Positions 41,812 to 55,788 of a stretch of DNA of 64,000 bases are shown here, one piece after another (within the stretch, counting starts at the first letter, position 1; each line of letters begins with the position of its first letter). The notes beneath the pieces were generated by a model. The model was not told the origin of the DNA and ran no database searches. It saw only the letters and a program-made list of their open reading frames with translations. Location of the stretch: positions 48,980,001 through 49,044,000 of the forward strand of contig OZ231126.1 of assembly GCA_965153355.1 (NCBI GenBank). The letters run 5' to 3'. The position numbers were made by a program, and so were the translations under genes. This stretch comes from Flaccisagitta enflata. Lineage: Eukaryota.

Positions 41812-44800
41812 TAACTATATTTTTCTTTGTCAACATGAAAGTTTTCTCTAGGTGGCGCCCCCCTATCTTGGGTGTTTTTGCATGGGGAATCCATTGGTGA
41901 AGTCAAAAATGCAAAAAAACGATGTTTAGAACTTGCCCTGGCCCGGTAACGAGCATATATGACCTTTTCACTCATTTTTTGCCATTTTTTGTCAGTTTTC
42001 AAAGATGAAGTTGCATTTAAATCACAAAAATTGCATAAATATACCTCCAATAGATGAATTTAGTCCACATGAAACATTTATGAGCAGCTTGGCCCTCTTA
42101 TGGGGGAATAATTGGCTCTTAGGGCCCCGTATTGAGCATTTTTTGAACAAATAAGCAGTAAATAATCGATTTTTCTTCATTTATTGGTATAATCCTCCTT
42201 ACTCAATCTCTATGTTATGTTAAATTGATAGAGAATTTTTCAAAGCCCAAATGTTGCATGGGGCTGAGCAGGGGAAGGGGTTATCAGGCATTTCAGCCAA
42301 GGCATCATTGAAAAAAAAGTCCATAAATAACAAACATAATAATACTTATAAGTCGCATGCAAGACTTACATTTAGAATGGCTAATACAGTATGATTTTTC
42401 TTTACTGCAATGAAAGATAAGGACATTATGCAAAAACTACAGTACGAGAATCGAAGAATTGACCAACTCCAGGGAAGCGATATCTGCCAAACCGCTAGGA
42501 ATCAAGCTAAAATTTTTTACCCCATTACGCACCTATAGGTCCTCTATATTGCATAAGGTTTTGGAGCGAATCCGAAAATTTCATTTTTTTTTTTACAATA
42601 AAAATTTTTTCAGTTTTTTGCTGATTTTAACCACAAAAATTACACATGAAAAAAATTCTTTCATATGTATATTAGTAAGACACATTTACATAAAATTCAT
42701 TTTTTGTTGGAGATTTTCCGCCCATTTTTGGGTCAACGACACCCAAAACTCAAAAAACACAAAAAGTGAAATATCTCCTCAGGTTTTCAATAAAATCTTC
42801 TGATTTTTGGTGTGGTAGTAGTTTTTGGACTCACTAATGAGTGTGCAAAATTTCAGTTCTTCAAAAAAATTTTTGACACAGTTATGAAATTTTGAAATTT
42901 TCACAAAATGCAATGTAAGAGGCTTTACCCTCCAAAATTTTGTTTTGAAATAAAAAATTTTGCCAATTGTTATTTTTTGACATAGTTAATGATAAATTAG
43001 GAGTTTATGAAAAGAATTTTTAACTAGCCCTCTTAGAAAATTTTTTTTCTTCTCAAAAATCGTGAAAATGACCTCTTTTTTAAAGTTGAATAAAAATTGT
43101 TCCTGTCATCCGATCATCTTCATTTTTGGTGGAGTTGTTACCTATTATCTACCCTAACTTCACCTAAAATTTGAGCTTACTGCGCCAAACGGTTAAGGAT
43201 ATATTGACGTTCAAAGTTACTTTGTCAGAGCAAAATCAGCAAATTTAGCATTTTGGCCATTTTTGAGCTTGCATAAAATTTCATTTTTTCTTCCAGAGAC
43301 CTCCATTTTTGCTGAAGTTACTCAGGTTTAAGCATATATTCATATTCCAAAATTTCACACTTGTCAGCCAAGCCGTTTTAGGGATATGATGGTCCAAAGT
43401 TTTAAAAAACGCCAATTTTTCAACAAAAATTACAATGAAAATTTTTCCAAAAAATTTGAAAAAAAAGTTGTCCTCAAGGTTTTGAATCTGGGTGAATAAG
43501 ATAATTCCCAATTGTGTTGAACCCCCTTTTGGAAACCATTTTATGAAAATTTTTTGCTTATTTTTTTCCCTAAAATTTGGTTGAAAAATTGGCGTTTTTT
43601 AAAACTTTGGACCATCATATCCCTAAAACAGCTTGGCTGACAAGTGTGAAATTTTGGAATATGAATATATGCTTAAACCCGAGTAACTTCAGCCAAAATG
43701 GAGGTCTCTGGAAAAAAATGAAATTTTATGCAAGCTCAAAATGGCCAATTTTGCTGATTTTGCTCTGACAAAGTAACTTTGAACATCAATATCTCCACAA
43801 CCGTTTGGCGCAGTGAGCTCAAATTTTAGGTGAAGTTAGGGTAGATAATAGGTAACAACTAAACCAAAAATGAAGATGATCAGATGACAGGAACAGTTTT
43901 TATTCAACTTTAAAAAAGGGGTCATTTTCACGATTTTTGAGAAAAAAAAAATTTTCTAAGAGGGCTAGTTAAAAATTTTTTTTCAGGAACTCCTAATTTA
44001 TAATTAACTATGTCAAAAAATAACAATCGGCAAATTTTTTTATTTTAAAAAAAAATTTGGGAAGGTAAAACCTCTTACATTGCATTTTGTGAATATTTCA
44101 AAATTTCATAACTGTGTCAAAATTTTTTTTGAAGAACTAAAATTTTGCACACTTATTAGTGAGTCCAAAAACTACTACCACACCAAAAATCAGAAGATTT
44201 TATTGAAAACCTGAGGAGATATTTCACTTTTTGTGTTTTTTGAGTTTTGGGTGCCATAGCCCCAAAAATGGGCGGAAAATCTCCAACAAAAAATGAACTT
44301 TATGTAAATGTGTCTTACTAATATACATATGAAAGAATTTTTTTTGTGCGTAATTTTTGTGGTTAAAATCATTTTTTTTGTAAAAAAAAAATGAAATTCT
44401 CGGATTCGCTCCAAAACCTTATGCAATATAGAGGACCTATAGGTGCATAATAGGGTAAAAAATTTAGATTGATTCCTAGCGGTTTGGCAGATATCGCTTC
44501 CCTGGAGTTGGTCAATTCTTTGATTCTCGTACTGTAGACAAGCTAGCCAAATTCTGAAAGAAGCCTCTGGAAGATGAGAGTTTGCAGTTTTTTGCTGGAA
44601 GATTTCAAGGATTTTCTGGAAAAGATATGATCATTCTGATACTTGTGCCACTGTTAATGAGATTCTGCAAATTTAGAAATTTAGGAAAATTGTAGAAATA
44701 TTGGTTGAACTGTTTTTCTCTAAATCGCTCTCATTTCTGAACCAGTGTGCTTATGTTTAAGGATAATGTAGAAGCATTTTTTTGTAATTTAGCCTTGTTT

Positions 44801-47129
44801 AAAGATATTGTTGTAAATATTGTTTATTTTAATTTATTCAGCTTTACCTGACAATTAAATCAAGTAACCAAGTAATCAGGCACTTAACATTAAATCTATT
44901 ATCATTTACTCAAATCAACTTTCATTAGCCCACAACTGCCCAAACCTAGCCTCTTCAATATTCAATCTTTTTCAAAATTTTCAATATTTGGACCCCCCAT
45001 GTTCATCCTAGGTCTCCTGAAGTTGTCCAATTTGGCCATTTCAACTGAGGAAATTCACCCCTATGTTCAACAGGACATTGGCCCCTTAGAGCCTCTGCCC
45101 TACTCTCACCCAACTTCTGCAGCTAAACACCACAAGCAATCTTCAAATGACTATTTCTCTTTCATTTCCTCTTCATCAATGTTTTTTTCCCCATCTGTTT
45201 CTTTTTCCCCCCACCTCTCATTTCTCTACCTTTTGTTGCTACTCAACCTTTTCCTTTCCCCTACAAATAAATGCCTTCAGAGTGAGTAAAATGGTCTGTA
45301 ACAAGTAACCCTGGAATATGATATTATAATGGATAGGTGGGCAGGGGCATACAATCCCCATTCCCTTTTACACATACTCACACGCAAACACACACACACA
45401 CACACAATTCCAAAAACAAATTGTTTAATGCAAGGTATCACACTTGTTGACAATAAACAGTTTATTGTGAAAGTCATCACTTTTTGCTTGAGTAATGCTC
45501 ATACCTAGGCCTCAAATTTATCAATTTCCTATCATGAAACAGGGTTACTGGAGATATATATCTCGGGTGACCTTTGTTTACAGTAAACAGTTTATCACAA
45601 AATCATCCCTTTTTTGCTTGAATAATGTTCATATCAAGGCAAAATTTGTTTATTTACTATTATGAGACAGCACTACTTGAGTAAAATGTCTCAGGTGACC
45701 TTGATTATTCAAAAACTGCCCACTTCTGCAAGATAAACCATCAAAAGGAATCTTATCACCTAAGACTACGTAAGCTCTTATCAATGCACGCTCATGCCTA
45801 TCTAGTGGGGCATTGCATGTCAGGTTCCCTCCAGGCTGATCTGTCAGCCTGTAGCAGTCCTGTCGTCTTTGCCCCCATTTACATTACCAAATTCCTGTGA
45901 TCTAACAAATCTTCCTCCTCCACTCTCCTAGATTTGCTCTCCCAACAGCCTAGTTCACTCATCAACGCCATCCATGAAGATATCCGTGTTTCCATGCCTT
46001 CCTTACGCCTGCAATTTGCAGAACGTCGACCTGAAGGCTGTTGGGAGTTGGATAATGGGACGGAGGACCCCTTACAAGACACTCAGATATCATCTCATAT
46101 TGTCTTATTCAACAATCTTATCCGAACTGTTTCTTATCTGGTTTGCAGCTTTCAAGCTTCCAACAACAAAAGTGGATTTCCCTTTCGTTTTATAATCATG
46201 CCGTTATTCTAAAGTCGCTTTTATCCATTATGTTTTAACTGCACTATATAGGGTTTTTGGCTTACTTGCAATCCATCTGGAAAAATAACTGAAATCAATT
46301 GTACTCGCCTAGACTAGATACCCAGAGAAATACATGTATTTCATTTCATTATTGATTTACACTATGCCATGTCCAAATGATTGGTCAGTTCATCAGCTAA
46401 ACTTGACTTTTTAGTCGCGTGGACGCGACTCTACATTCCACTTTGTCTGTCCATCCATCCCTCTGTTGGTTGGTTTGTCAGTCCCACACTTGAACTTTTT
46501 TTTAACAATTTCATTTTTTCAAGTCATTTAAGGTTATTTTAGGGTATACCAAGTCATTCTATGTCATTCTAAATGTAAGTCTGGCACGCAACTTATAAAT
46601 ATTAACCGTGTTTGTTATGGGTTTTTTTTTCAATGATGCCCCGGCTGAAATACCTGCTAACCTCTTCCCCTGCTCAGCCCCATGCAACATTTGGGCTTTT
46701 GAAAAATTCTTTATCAATTTAACATAACAAAGAGATTGAGTAAGGAGGATTATACCAATAAATGAAGAAAAATCGATAATTTACTGCTTATTTGTTCAAA
46801 AAATGCTTAATACGGGGCCCTAAGAGCCAATTATTCCCCCATAAGAGAGCCAAGCTGCTCATAAATGTTTCAGGTTGACTAAATTCATCTATTGGAGGTA
46901 AATTTATGCAATTTTTGTGATTTAGATGCAACTTCATCTTTGAAAACTGACAAAAATTGCAAAAAATGAGTGAAAAGGTCATATATGCTCGTTACCGGGC
47001 CAGGGCAAGTTCTAAACATCCTTTTTTTGCATTTTTGACTTCACCAATGGATTCCCCATGCAAAAACACCCAAGATAGGGGGGCGCCACCTAGAGAAAAC
47101 TTTCATGTTGACAAAAAAAAATATAGTTA
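41812..47129. mobile_element. Mutator-like (MULE/foldback) non-autonomous element with ~550-bp TIRs and 9-bp TSD
   Basis: TSD ATGCGAAAC at 41803-41811 and 47130-47138; 41812-42380 mirrors about 46565-47129. Confidence 0.9.
42440..44534. mobile_element. 2.1-kb palindromic Tc1/mariner-type foldback nested in the MULE
   Basis: TA-CAGTACGAGAATC...GATTCTCGTACTG-TA; ~1-kb near-perfect arms with a short centre near 43430-43570. Confidence 0.9.
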
Positions 47130-47969
47130 ATGCGAAACATCATTTGATTTTGTTAATCAACTAAGTGTAGGGAATCTATGTTTAAAATTTAAAAACAACA
47201 GGCTTGGGAATTTTAAACTTGTTTTTTCTTTCCAAGAATTGACTGTAGTTATTCTCTGATGAGAACATGTGAGAGGTGCTATTAGGCTCCAAAGCCAGGT
47301 CTCAGTAGGCTGGATTGGAGCCTCAGGCGTCAGGGGGACAGATGGACGGACTTACAGAGTACAGACGTATCGAAATTCGCCCCTGCACCTTTATCTAGCA
47401 AACCTCATCATTTATACACCCTGTAGTAAAAATGATAACTTTCAAAGATCAAAACCAAGAAGGAAAGACATGGATGTGAGCCAAAAAGTGAGAAATCTTA
47501 CAATGAATTGAGTACAGGAACGGTCGCCTATTCATACGTTCCACCTGATTCAGTAGAAAATGAACAAGCCCGATCGGGCAACTAGATGCGTCATCTGCGT
47601 GATATAAGAAGAGGCGTAACGGACCGACGGACCAACGGACCGACGGACCGACGGACCAACGGACCGACGGACCGACGGACCGACGGATGGACGGACAGAC
47701 CCACTTATAGAGATGCGATGACGCATCTAAAAAGATGTAAGCAAAAAAGTTGAATCGGTCCTTCAATTACCCAGTCTTTTTTTTTGGGCGCGATCAATTT
47801 GTTTTAGGTTGTGCCTACTTTACATTGTCCACGTACACAATGGCAATGCACTTTGTGTTAGTGACATAGTTTGTCTTTGTTGCACTCAGTATTTCCACCA
47901 AATTGATAAGAGAGAGAGAGATATAAGAGAGAGAGAGAGAGAGAGAGCGAGAGCGAGAGCGAGAGCGAG

Positions 47970-48003
<34 letters not shown>

Positions 48004-48008
48004 ACAGA

Positions 48009-48063
<55 letters not shown>

Positions 48064-49279
48064 ACACACACACACACACACACACACTCAAAGACAGAGG
48101 ACAGAGGAAAAAGAGACACTTAAAGACAGAGATTGGATAACAAAAACAGACAACCAATCAACCAGACATCATGAGATGCACACACAGAAAAACACACTGA
48201 AAAAAAGAGACACCCATTTACGACTTTTTTCCGGTCGGCGATTAGCCGCCTTTATTGGTACATACTTTACATTGTCCACGTACACCATGCACATTGTGTT
48301 AGTGACATAGTTTGTCTTTGTTGCACTTAGTACTTCCACCAATTTGTCTGTTTCTACACTTCTCTTTCTCTGTCTGTCTGTCTGTCTGTCTGTCTGACTC
48401 TATCTCTCTCTCCTTCTCTCTTTCTCTGTCTGTTTTTCTTTGGCAGCCATCGATAAAAGGAGGAAACGTGAGGAGACATTGGCATCCCAGATTTATTGTA
48501 ATTTTGTAACGCTAACAGCAGATACAGTACGTCATGTGGCATTTCCGACTCTCATGTGTCATGCTTTAAAGTAGACGTATTTCAGCTACATAATGGTTTA
48601 AGAAAAAATGGTTTAACAAAAATTGTAAAGGGTGTGCAATTTTTCCATGATTAAATTTTTTTAAAAATCTCATTTTTTTCTCGATAAAAAAACATGTAAC
48701 GCAACAGTCAACATTATAAATGTATAGTTGGTGCAATCAAAAACTCTACTGTTAAAGAATCTTGAGTCACAGTGATTGACTGGCCTTGCATTGTTTTGGT
48801 TTCTTTCTTCTTCTTTTCATTTTTTTCATTTTATGCCTATCATTAAAGTTTAAGTGGTTTTAACTGTAAGACGTAACGTTGTTTCTATCGCCAACCGGGT
48901 TGTTTTTGTTACTGATCTCATCGGATCGACCATAAAGGGCAATATCAAAAAAAACAAAACTGAACAAATAAGTCGTTCTAGATAAATCTGCTTTTGAACA
49001 ATGTCGATGAAAAATAAAAGCAAGTTAGATTCTTTTCATATTTGAAGCACTTAGCCCCATATCGTGTTGAACCTCGTATTTTATAATTATTGAATCGTTC
49101 GAAAGCCCAGATTTCATCAAGCATAGACCTATTACGATAAGGGTTGCGCTTTGCAGCTATATGCATGTTGCTGCATCATAGAGAGCAACAACATTCAAGA
49201 GCAAAAAAAAGAATTAAGTAAACAATGGGGCAACCACGGTAACGACCTCGACACTTTAACGAAGAGAGCGACGAGAAAA

Positions 49280-49672
<393 letters not shown>

Positions 49673-49695
49673 AACCCATCAACCAGAAACATAAA

Positions 49696-50470
49696 ATGGC
49701 GTCGCGATCGTCGGTCCGCGTGAAGACAAGTCATTTGATCATCGTGACGATATTCTTTTCCCTCGTCGGCGTCCAAAGCAGAACGATTCTCCCCAGTTGG
49801 ATTTCGATGGGCGGCGGCATCATCGGCGATGAGCCCGTCGACGACAAAACCTTCGACGAAGCCGTCGCGAGATTGACCGCTCAAATCGACAACGGTGACA
49901 ATAATCGGGGCGAAACCGCGACCACGACGGCGGCAGTTCCAACCGTCGCAGTGTCAGAGATTGTCACCACCGCTTTTCTCGAAACCACCACTGTTGCCCC
50001 CACCACCACGGCCACCACCACTGTTGCCCCCACCACTACGGCCACCACCACTGCTACACCCACCACTGTTGCCCCCACCACCACGGCCACCACCACTGTT
50101 GCCCCCACCACCACTGTTGCCCCCACCACCATGGCCACCACCACTGTTGCCCCCACCACTGCTACACCCACCACTGCTTCCACCACCGCTGTTTCCAAAA
50201 ACACCTCTTCGAGAACCACCACCACCACTACCTCCACCGCCGATACCACTACTGCTGCTACAACCACAGCAGCCATAACCACAGCTACCATCACCACCGC
50301 TATCCCCATCACTGCCACTGCTCTCACTACTGCCAGCACCACCACTTCTAAAGTGTCTTTGGAAGAACCTTTTAAGTTGGATTTCGATATCATGGATTAC
50401 GATATGTCAAATGAAATGCTCACCGACATGATCGCCGCTGCGGCCATGAAAATGGAGGATAGCCAATCAG
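49696..50470 (+). CDS. first exon of a secreted or membrane Thr-rich mucin-like protein
   Basis: ATG in aaaATGG context, signal-like HLIIVTIFFSLVGVQS, repeated TTTVAPTTTA units, donor gtaatg at 50471; later exons not identified. Confidence 0.7.
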
Positions 50471-50497
50471 GTAATGTTGGAGAAGGAGAAGGAAAAG

Positions 50498-50553
<56 letters not shown>

Positions 50554-51229
50554 TAGAGAGGCTGACAGACAGACAGACAGACAGAAAAGTAAATTAAACA
50601 GAGGGAGAGGAGTAAAGAAGGAAGGTAAAACGGCATGGTCGGTGTGGGATTTTAGTGCCGTTGTACCAGACAGAAGGCCGACTCGACGTTTTTTGTTATG
50701 CGTAATGATTTTAATGCTTGGGGGAAAAAACGCCGGTGAATAAGCAAATGAATGTGAGAAAATGGATTTGGTCCGTAAAGGTACAAAGCGAAAGCCTTGT
50801 AAGCACTTAATCTGAAAAACCGTCTAGTCTAAGCGTCTGCCATTCAAACTAAGGTAAGAGTAAGGCCTGATCGTCATCGATTCATACTCAATTGAGTCCA
50901 GTATTGCTATTTTACAGGCAAACTGAACATTGGGAAGGACCCAGTGTATTCTAATTACCAGTAACTACAATTACAACTGGCATTACTCCTGGATATATCG
51001 ACTATGGAAAGCCACTATTGCAAAAATCTGAACCTTTTCATGGCCATTGCTGTCTAGGAAAAAAATATACGGACACCCAACCGTGAATGTAGCAGCTAGG
51101 CCTTTATATTTAATAAAAAAAATGAGAGCAGATCAACAAACTATGACAAAAAATCTTCCACTCAAGACTAAGCAGCATTTTAAAGAAAAATTGTCATTTC
51201 ACCAAAATTTGATTTAGAGGATTTCAGTT

Positions 51230-51736
51230 GAGTGCTTCACAGAGCAAAAGTTGTTTTTTTCCTTTCACCCTCTTTACCTAATGTGGAATGGCCAATTTTA
51301 GGATTCTTAACATTTTTCTTTTTTCAAAAATTGTTAATCTTCCGTTATTTAGAAAATTGGTTTTGAAGACCTAATTTGCTTATGCAGTGGGATAAAACAA
51401 TATGCTGACATTGTTTGAATTAATTTTTGTAAATTTCTACTTTCCATAGAATTGTAATACTGTCCTTTCATAAGCTTTTTCAATGCTTATTTTCTGATAT
51501 TTCAATTTATTTTTACAAACATGATTTTCAAAAACAAATAATTGTCCTTTTTGTAACAAAAATACACAGGATTCTGCTGGATTCTGGGAAATTTGTGAGA
51601 ATTTTAAGGCCAAAACAAAAATGGGATATGAAGGAATTTTGAAAAAAGGAAAATAGTCATCTTTATGATTTTTATTCCTCCACATTACCTAAATAAGGTG
51701 AAGAGATACTCTCAACTTTTGCTGTGTGAAGCACCC
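51230..51736. mobile_element. MITE with ~24-bp TIRs
   Basis: gagtgcttcacagagcaaaagttg ... caacttttgctgtgtgaagcaccc. Confidence 0.65.
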
Positions 51737-53762
51737 AAGGATTACAGTTCAAATCATGAATGGACAATCTAAATTGAAAGAGCTCTCAATTTCAAACGAA
51801 TTGACCAAAATCACCCTGCTTTGCTGCATTAGCTCACGTTTTTCACAAATTAAAAAAAATGAAGGCCGCTTTTAAACGTATTGCTCTGAAATGATCTAAC
51901 ATCAAAAGATAACAGTACTGATTCAATGATTTTTTTGTTGTTTTTGGAGAAATTCGGGACACACTTGTTTTGGTTGAAACAATACCGTAGAAAATCCAAA
52001 CAGAAGCACGTAATAGATCAAAATACCATAAATTTGCTAAAGAATGATTTATTTGATCATATATTTCATTCAGTGAGTAAAAAGGTTAACTTTACTCCAG
52101 CTGTCCTAGATCTCGTATGGATCAATTGACCATCCGAATGAAGTGAGTGGACTCGCTCAGTTTGAGTAAAAAAAAAGGCAAAAAAAGTAATGGGTATGTT
52201 CTATTTATGTTGAAAGAGGCTCGTGTTAACCCAGGTCTTTATTTTGCCGTGAATATGAAAGGAATCGTGATCGAAGTCATTATTGAAATTAGGCAGGAAA
52301 TGCAAAGAGGGATCTATCATGTAATCCAACCAGTCTCAGATCGGATCGGTTTAAGTCTTAGGGTTCGTTGACAGTGAGCATGCACAAAGATGAAATTAGC
52401 ATTGATTCAGCATCAGCTATTTGCATACTAAACTAAAGTAAAGTGGTGCTTTTCGGATGGTGCTCCTTTTAAACGTTTTTCAGACTGATTGTGGAAAAAC
52501 AATTACAAACGAGCTCTCAACGTCTGAAGTACAAAGGCATTTAACAATTCTTTCAGTAAATGATAAAGCGGTATGAGTTCCATTCTTGTATTTGCTTTCT
52601 CACAATATTAAGCCGAACACACCTGAAATCTCCACGAAGTATCTTGGAAACGGGAGAAACACTTTCTGTCTCCTTTTCTTTGATTGGTCTCCAAGATTCC
52701 GAGAAAAAAATGATGGTTTGTACACAATTAAAAGCATAACAGAGAGAGTAACTATAACTGAGCACAGTAAACAGCTAAACAGATAGAGTGTATAGCTGAG
52801 CAGGAGAAGATGTGCAAAACCGTAGAAACAAATGACGCGGGGTCACAATATCGTTGCGGACGGGTGAGCAGGGGCGTGTAACCCCCATCCACACCCTCGC
52901 ACCCCACTGACACTCACACACACAGACAATCACAACTGCAGCGACAAAAATGCGCGTTTTTACACTTTTCAACTCGATCATCATGGACCAATGGACGGAT
53001 GGACGGACGGATGGACAAAGCCTCTTATAAAGTTGTGTGTCCGCAACTAACATTATTTATAAACCAAACAGAAGAGAGAAGCCCAAGCTTGAAAGTAAAA
53101 TGAAGTAGTAACTCTTGAAATATCTTTTTTTTTTCTTTTCTCTTTTCACTTTTTGGGCAGCAGCCCCAAAGGGGCCGATGACCTATGATTCCACATAGGG
53201 CAATTTTCTCTGGTTTCCATCCTCTTCCTCTTAGAGTCTCAAAACAAGCCTCTCAGACCCTAAATCAGGCCTTTCAGACCCCAAATCAGACCTCTCAGAC
53301 CCCAAATTTGACCCCTCCGACCCCAAATCAGGCCTTTCAGACCCTAAATGAAGTCTCTCAGACCCCAAACCACGCATCTCAGACCCTGAATCAGACCAAA
53401 AATCAGGCCTCTCAGCCCCCTAAAGCAGTATCTCAAACTGGAGAAAATTGTCCTATGTGAAATCATAGGTAATTGGCCTTTCCGGGGCCACTGCCCCTCT
53501 CATCAACTCATTCCCATATACATTAACTTAGGGGCAGCGAGTACCGCTGACCATGTAATGCTTTTGTGACTAACCTAGGGCCCGCCCCCCCCCCCAGTTG
53601 TGGGAGGTGTTTTCCCCCTCTTCACATCCCTGGGATAGCAATCTTCGCGAACATAATTGATCTCGCATGGACGAGGATAGTCTATATATAATCTTACAAA
53701 GACGATTGACTGTCTTTTGGTTTTAAAGAAAACTACATCGAACCCAGAATCTGTCAAATATT

Positions 53763-54403
53763 CACAGTGGGCCTTAATTGGATACGAGTTTTAAAAAAAT
53801 CCCCGATGGTAGTGACTTACATAAGTAGGTACATTTTATGAGAGAGAATTGATGTTGACCCTCAAAAAAAAAATTCCCCTTGAAATTTTTTTTCAAAAAT
53901 CACTAAAACACTAAATTTCTTTAAAAATATCTAGTATAAATCTTTAGGATTTATGTGTTATTAAATTTTGGCTCAAGATTCAGAAACCTGGTGAAATTTC
54001 CAATCATTTGATAGGCAGACCTGTACATCTTGCTTTCCTTCCGAGTAGCAGATATTTTTCCTGAAAAACTTCCGACTAGTCTACTAGCTATGCATTCATA
54101 TGCCTTTTCATATTTAACTATGAATGTTACATAACGTTACTACTCAACAATATCTGAAATAAGGACAAGAGCCTATGGAGCTCTAATAATTACTGGTGTT
54201 TAATCCGGACCCATCACAACTATCCTTCAAATGTCTGAAAAAATATCCCTCTTCAGAAATAATCAACAGACTGGTCAGAACATTTAGAAAATTGTCACTA
54301 ATCTCTGTCTATACATGAGAAATGCAGACCACAAGAAAACACTTGATAAATCGATTGATAGAAAGAAACTCTTTTCTTCCTGAAAAAAAAACACTCTCAA
54401 AAA

Positions 54404-54485
<82 letters not shown>

Positions 54486-54972
54486 GTTCTTCCTTCCTTC
54501 CTTCCTTCTTTCCTTCCTTCCTGCTTTTCTTCACTCCAAACCTTCCGAGTATCATTCAGCCCTTCCGAGTAGCGGCGCTACTCGCTACTACAAGATGTAC
54601 AGGTCTGTTGATAGGTCACATTATATATTTTTATATTTTAATTTTCTGAACTACCCTTATGACAAAAACAACGGTGGCCAGAAATATGGCAATTTTATTT
54701 CTTCATGAAAATATATAGTGTGACCTATTAAATGGTTGGAAATTTCACTAGGAATATGAAGTTTGCATTGGAATTTCAAAAAACATAAATGCCGAAGATT
54801 TATATAAAATATTCAAAAAATTTGACACATTTTAATGATTTTTGCAAAAATTTTCAAGGGGAATTTTTTTCTAAAAGTCAACAACAATTCTTCACTATAA
54901 AATATATCTAATAATATAAGTCGCTACCATCAGGGATTTTTTTGAACTGGTCTTCAATTAAGGCCCACTGTG
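53763..54972. mobile_element. non-autonomous element with CACAGTG termini (Transib/Chapaev-like)
   Basis: CACAGTGGGCCTTAATTG ... CAATTAAGGCCCACTGTG, imperfect arms of at least 150 bp, flanked by TATT on both sides. Confidence 0.8.
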
Positions 54973-55187
54973 TATTTGTGACTTATGCTCTTATCTCCCT
55001 ATCCCACTCCATTTACAGGGAAATGACGTCCCGGGGACAAGGAGCTCAGTGAGCTATTAAAAGGCCATTGAGTCAATGAGTGGTGAATAATACGATTGTA
55101 CAAATAATCAAATATAGTCGTAGCACCCATTATTCACTCAAAATAAAAACAGAATTGATGTCATGACACGGATTCATTTTATGATCC

Positions 55188-55788
55188 TAACAGTAGCGAC
55201 AGAAAATTCCGGACAGCATGTTTTGCTTATTGTTGCTAACCGAAAAGCTTGATCAATAAAAAATTTATGACCATTAGAAAGATCTTTGAAAAATCTCTCT
55301 AATGCCACCTTGCTGGTATCTGTGGCTTTGTTCGTTTAGAAATGGTATAGGTTTGAAGAAAAATATCACCATTTGGAAAAGGGGCAAATATTGTCTTTTT
55401 TTTCTATTAGTAATTTTTGTCTCAACGTTTTTCTTAATAATGCAATTCAGGTTTGTCACAGCTACTTGATATCCATGAGTAAATTAAAGAGCTTCGAATT
55501 TTCTTCAAAATGGCGCCAAGAACAAATTTTTTACTCTGTGCGTTTAGTTGCGATGTTAAAACAAACAAAAAACATGAAAATTCTGTAGTGAATTCTCAAA
55601 TTCCTGACAACCTGTCTTCATTCAAATGCCCTATCTAAACGAATAAAGCTAAGACAACCAGCAACATCTCATTTGAAAGATCTTTTGCTGAGCTTCAAGA
55701 CGGTCACCGATTTTCCTTAATTTTTCTCATTGCTTGGGTGTTAAATACTGACAAACATGTTGTCCGGAATTTTCTGTCGCCACTGTTA
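55188..55788. mobile_element. MITE with ~33-bp TIRs
   Basis: taacagtagcgacagaaaattccggacagcatg ... catgttgtccggaattttctgtcgccactgtta. Confidence 0.85.

Noticed and set aside
42459-44426. Transposase ORFs in the foldback arms
   Set aside because: Short mirror-image AT-rich ORFs with no DDE motif
47816-48343. ~90-bp direct repeat flanking GA/CA microsatellites as LTRs
   Set aside because: No TG..CA ends, primer-binding site or TSD; looks like a simple local duplication
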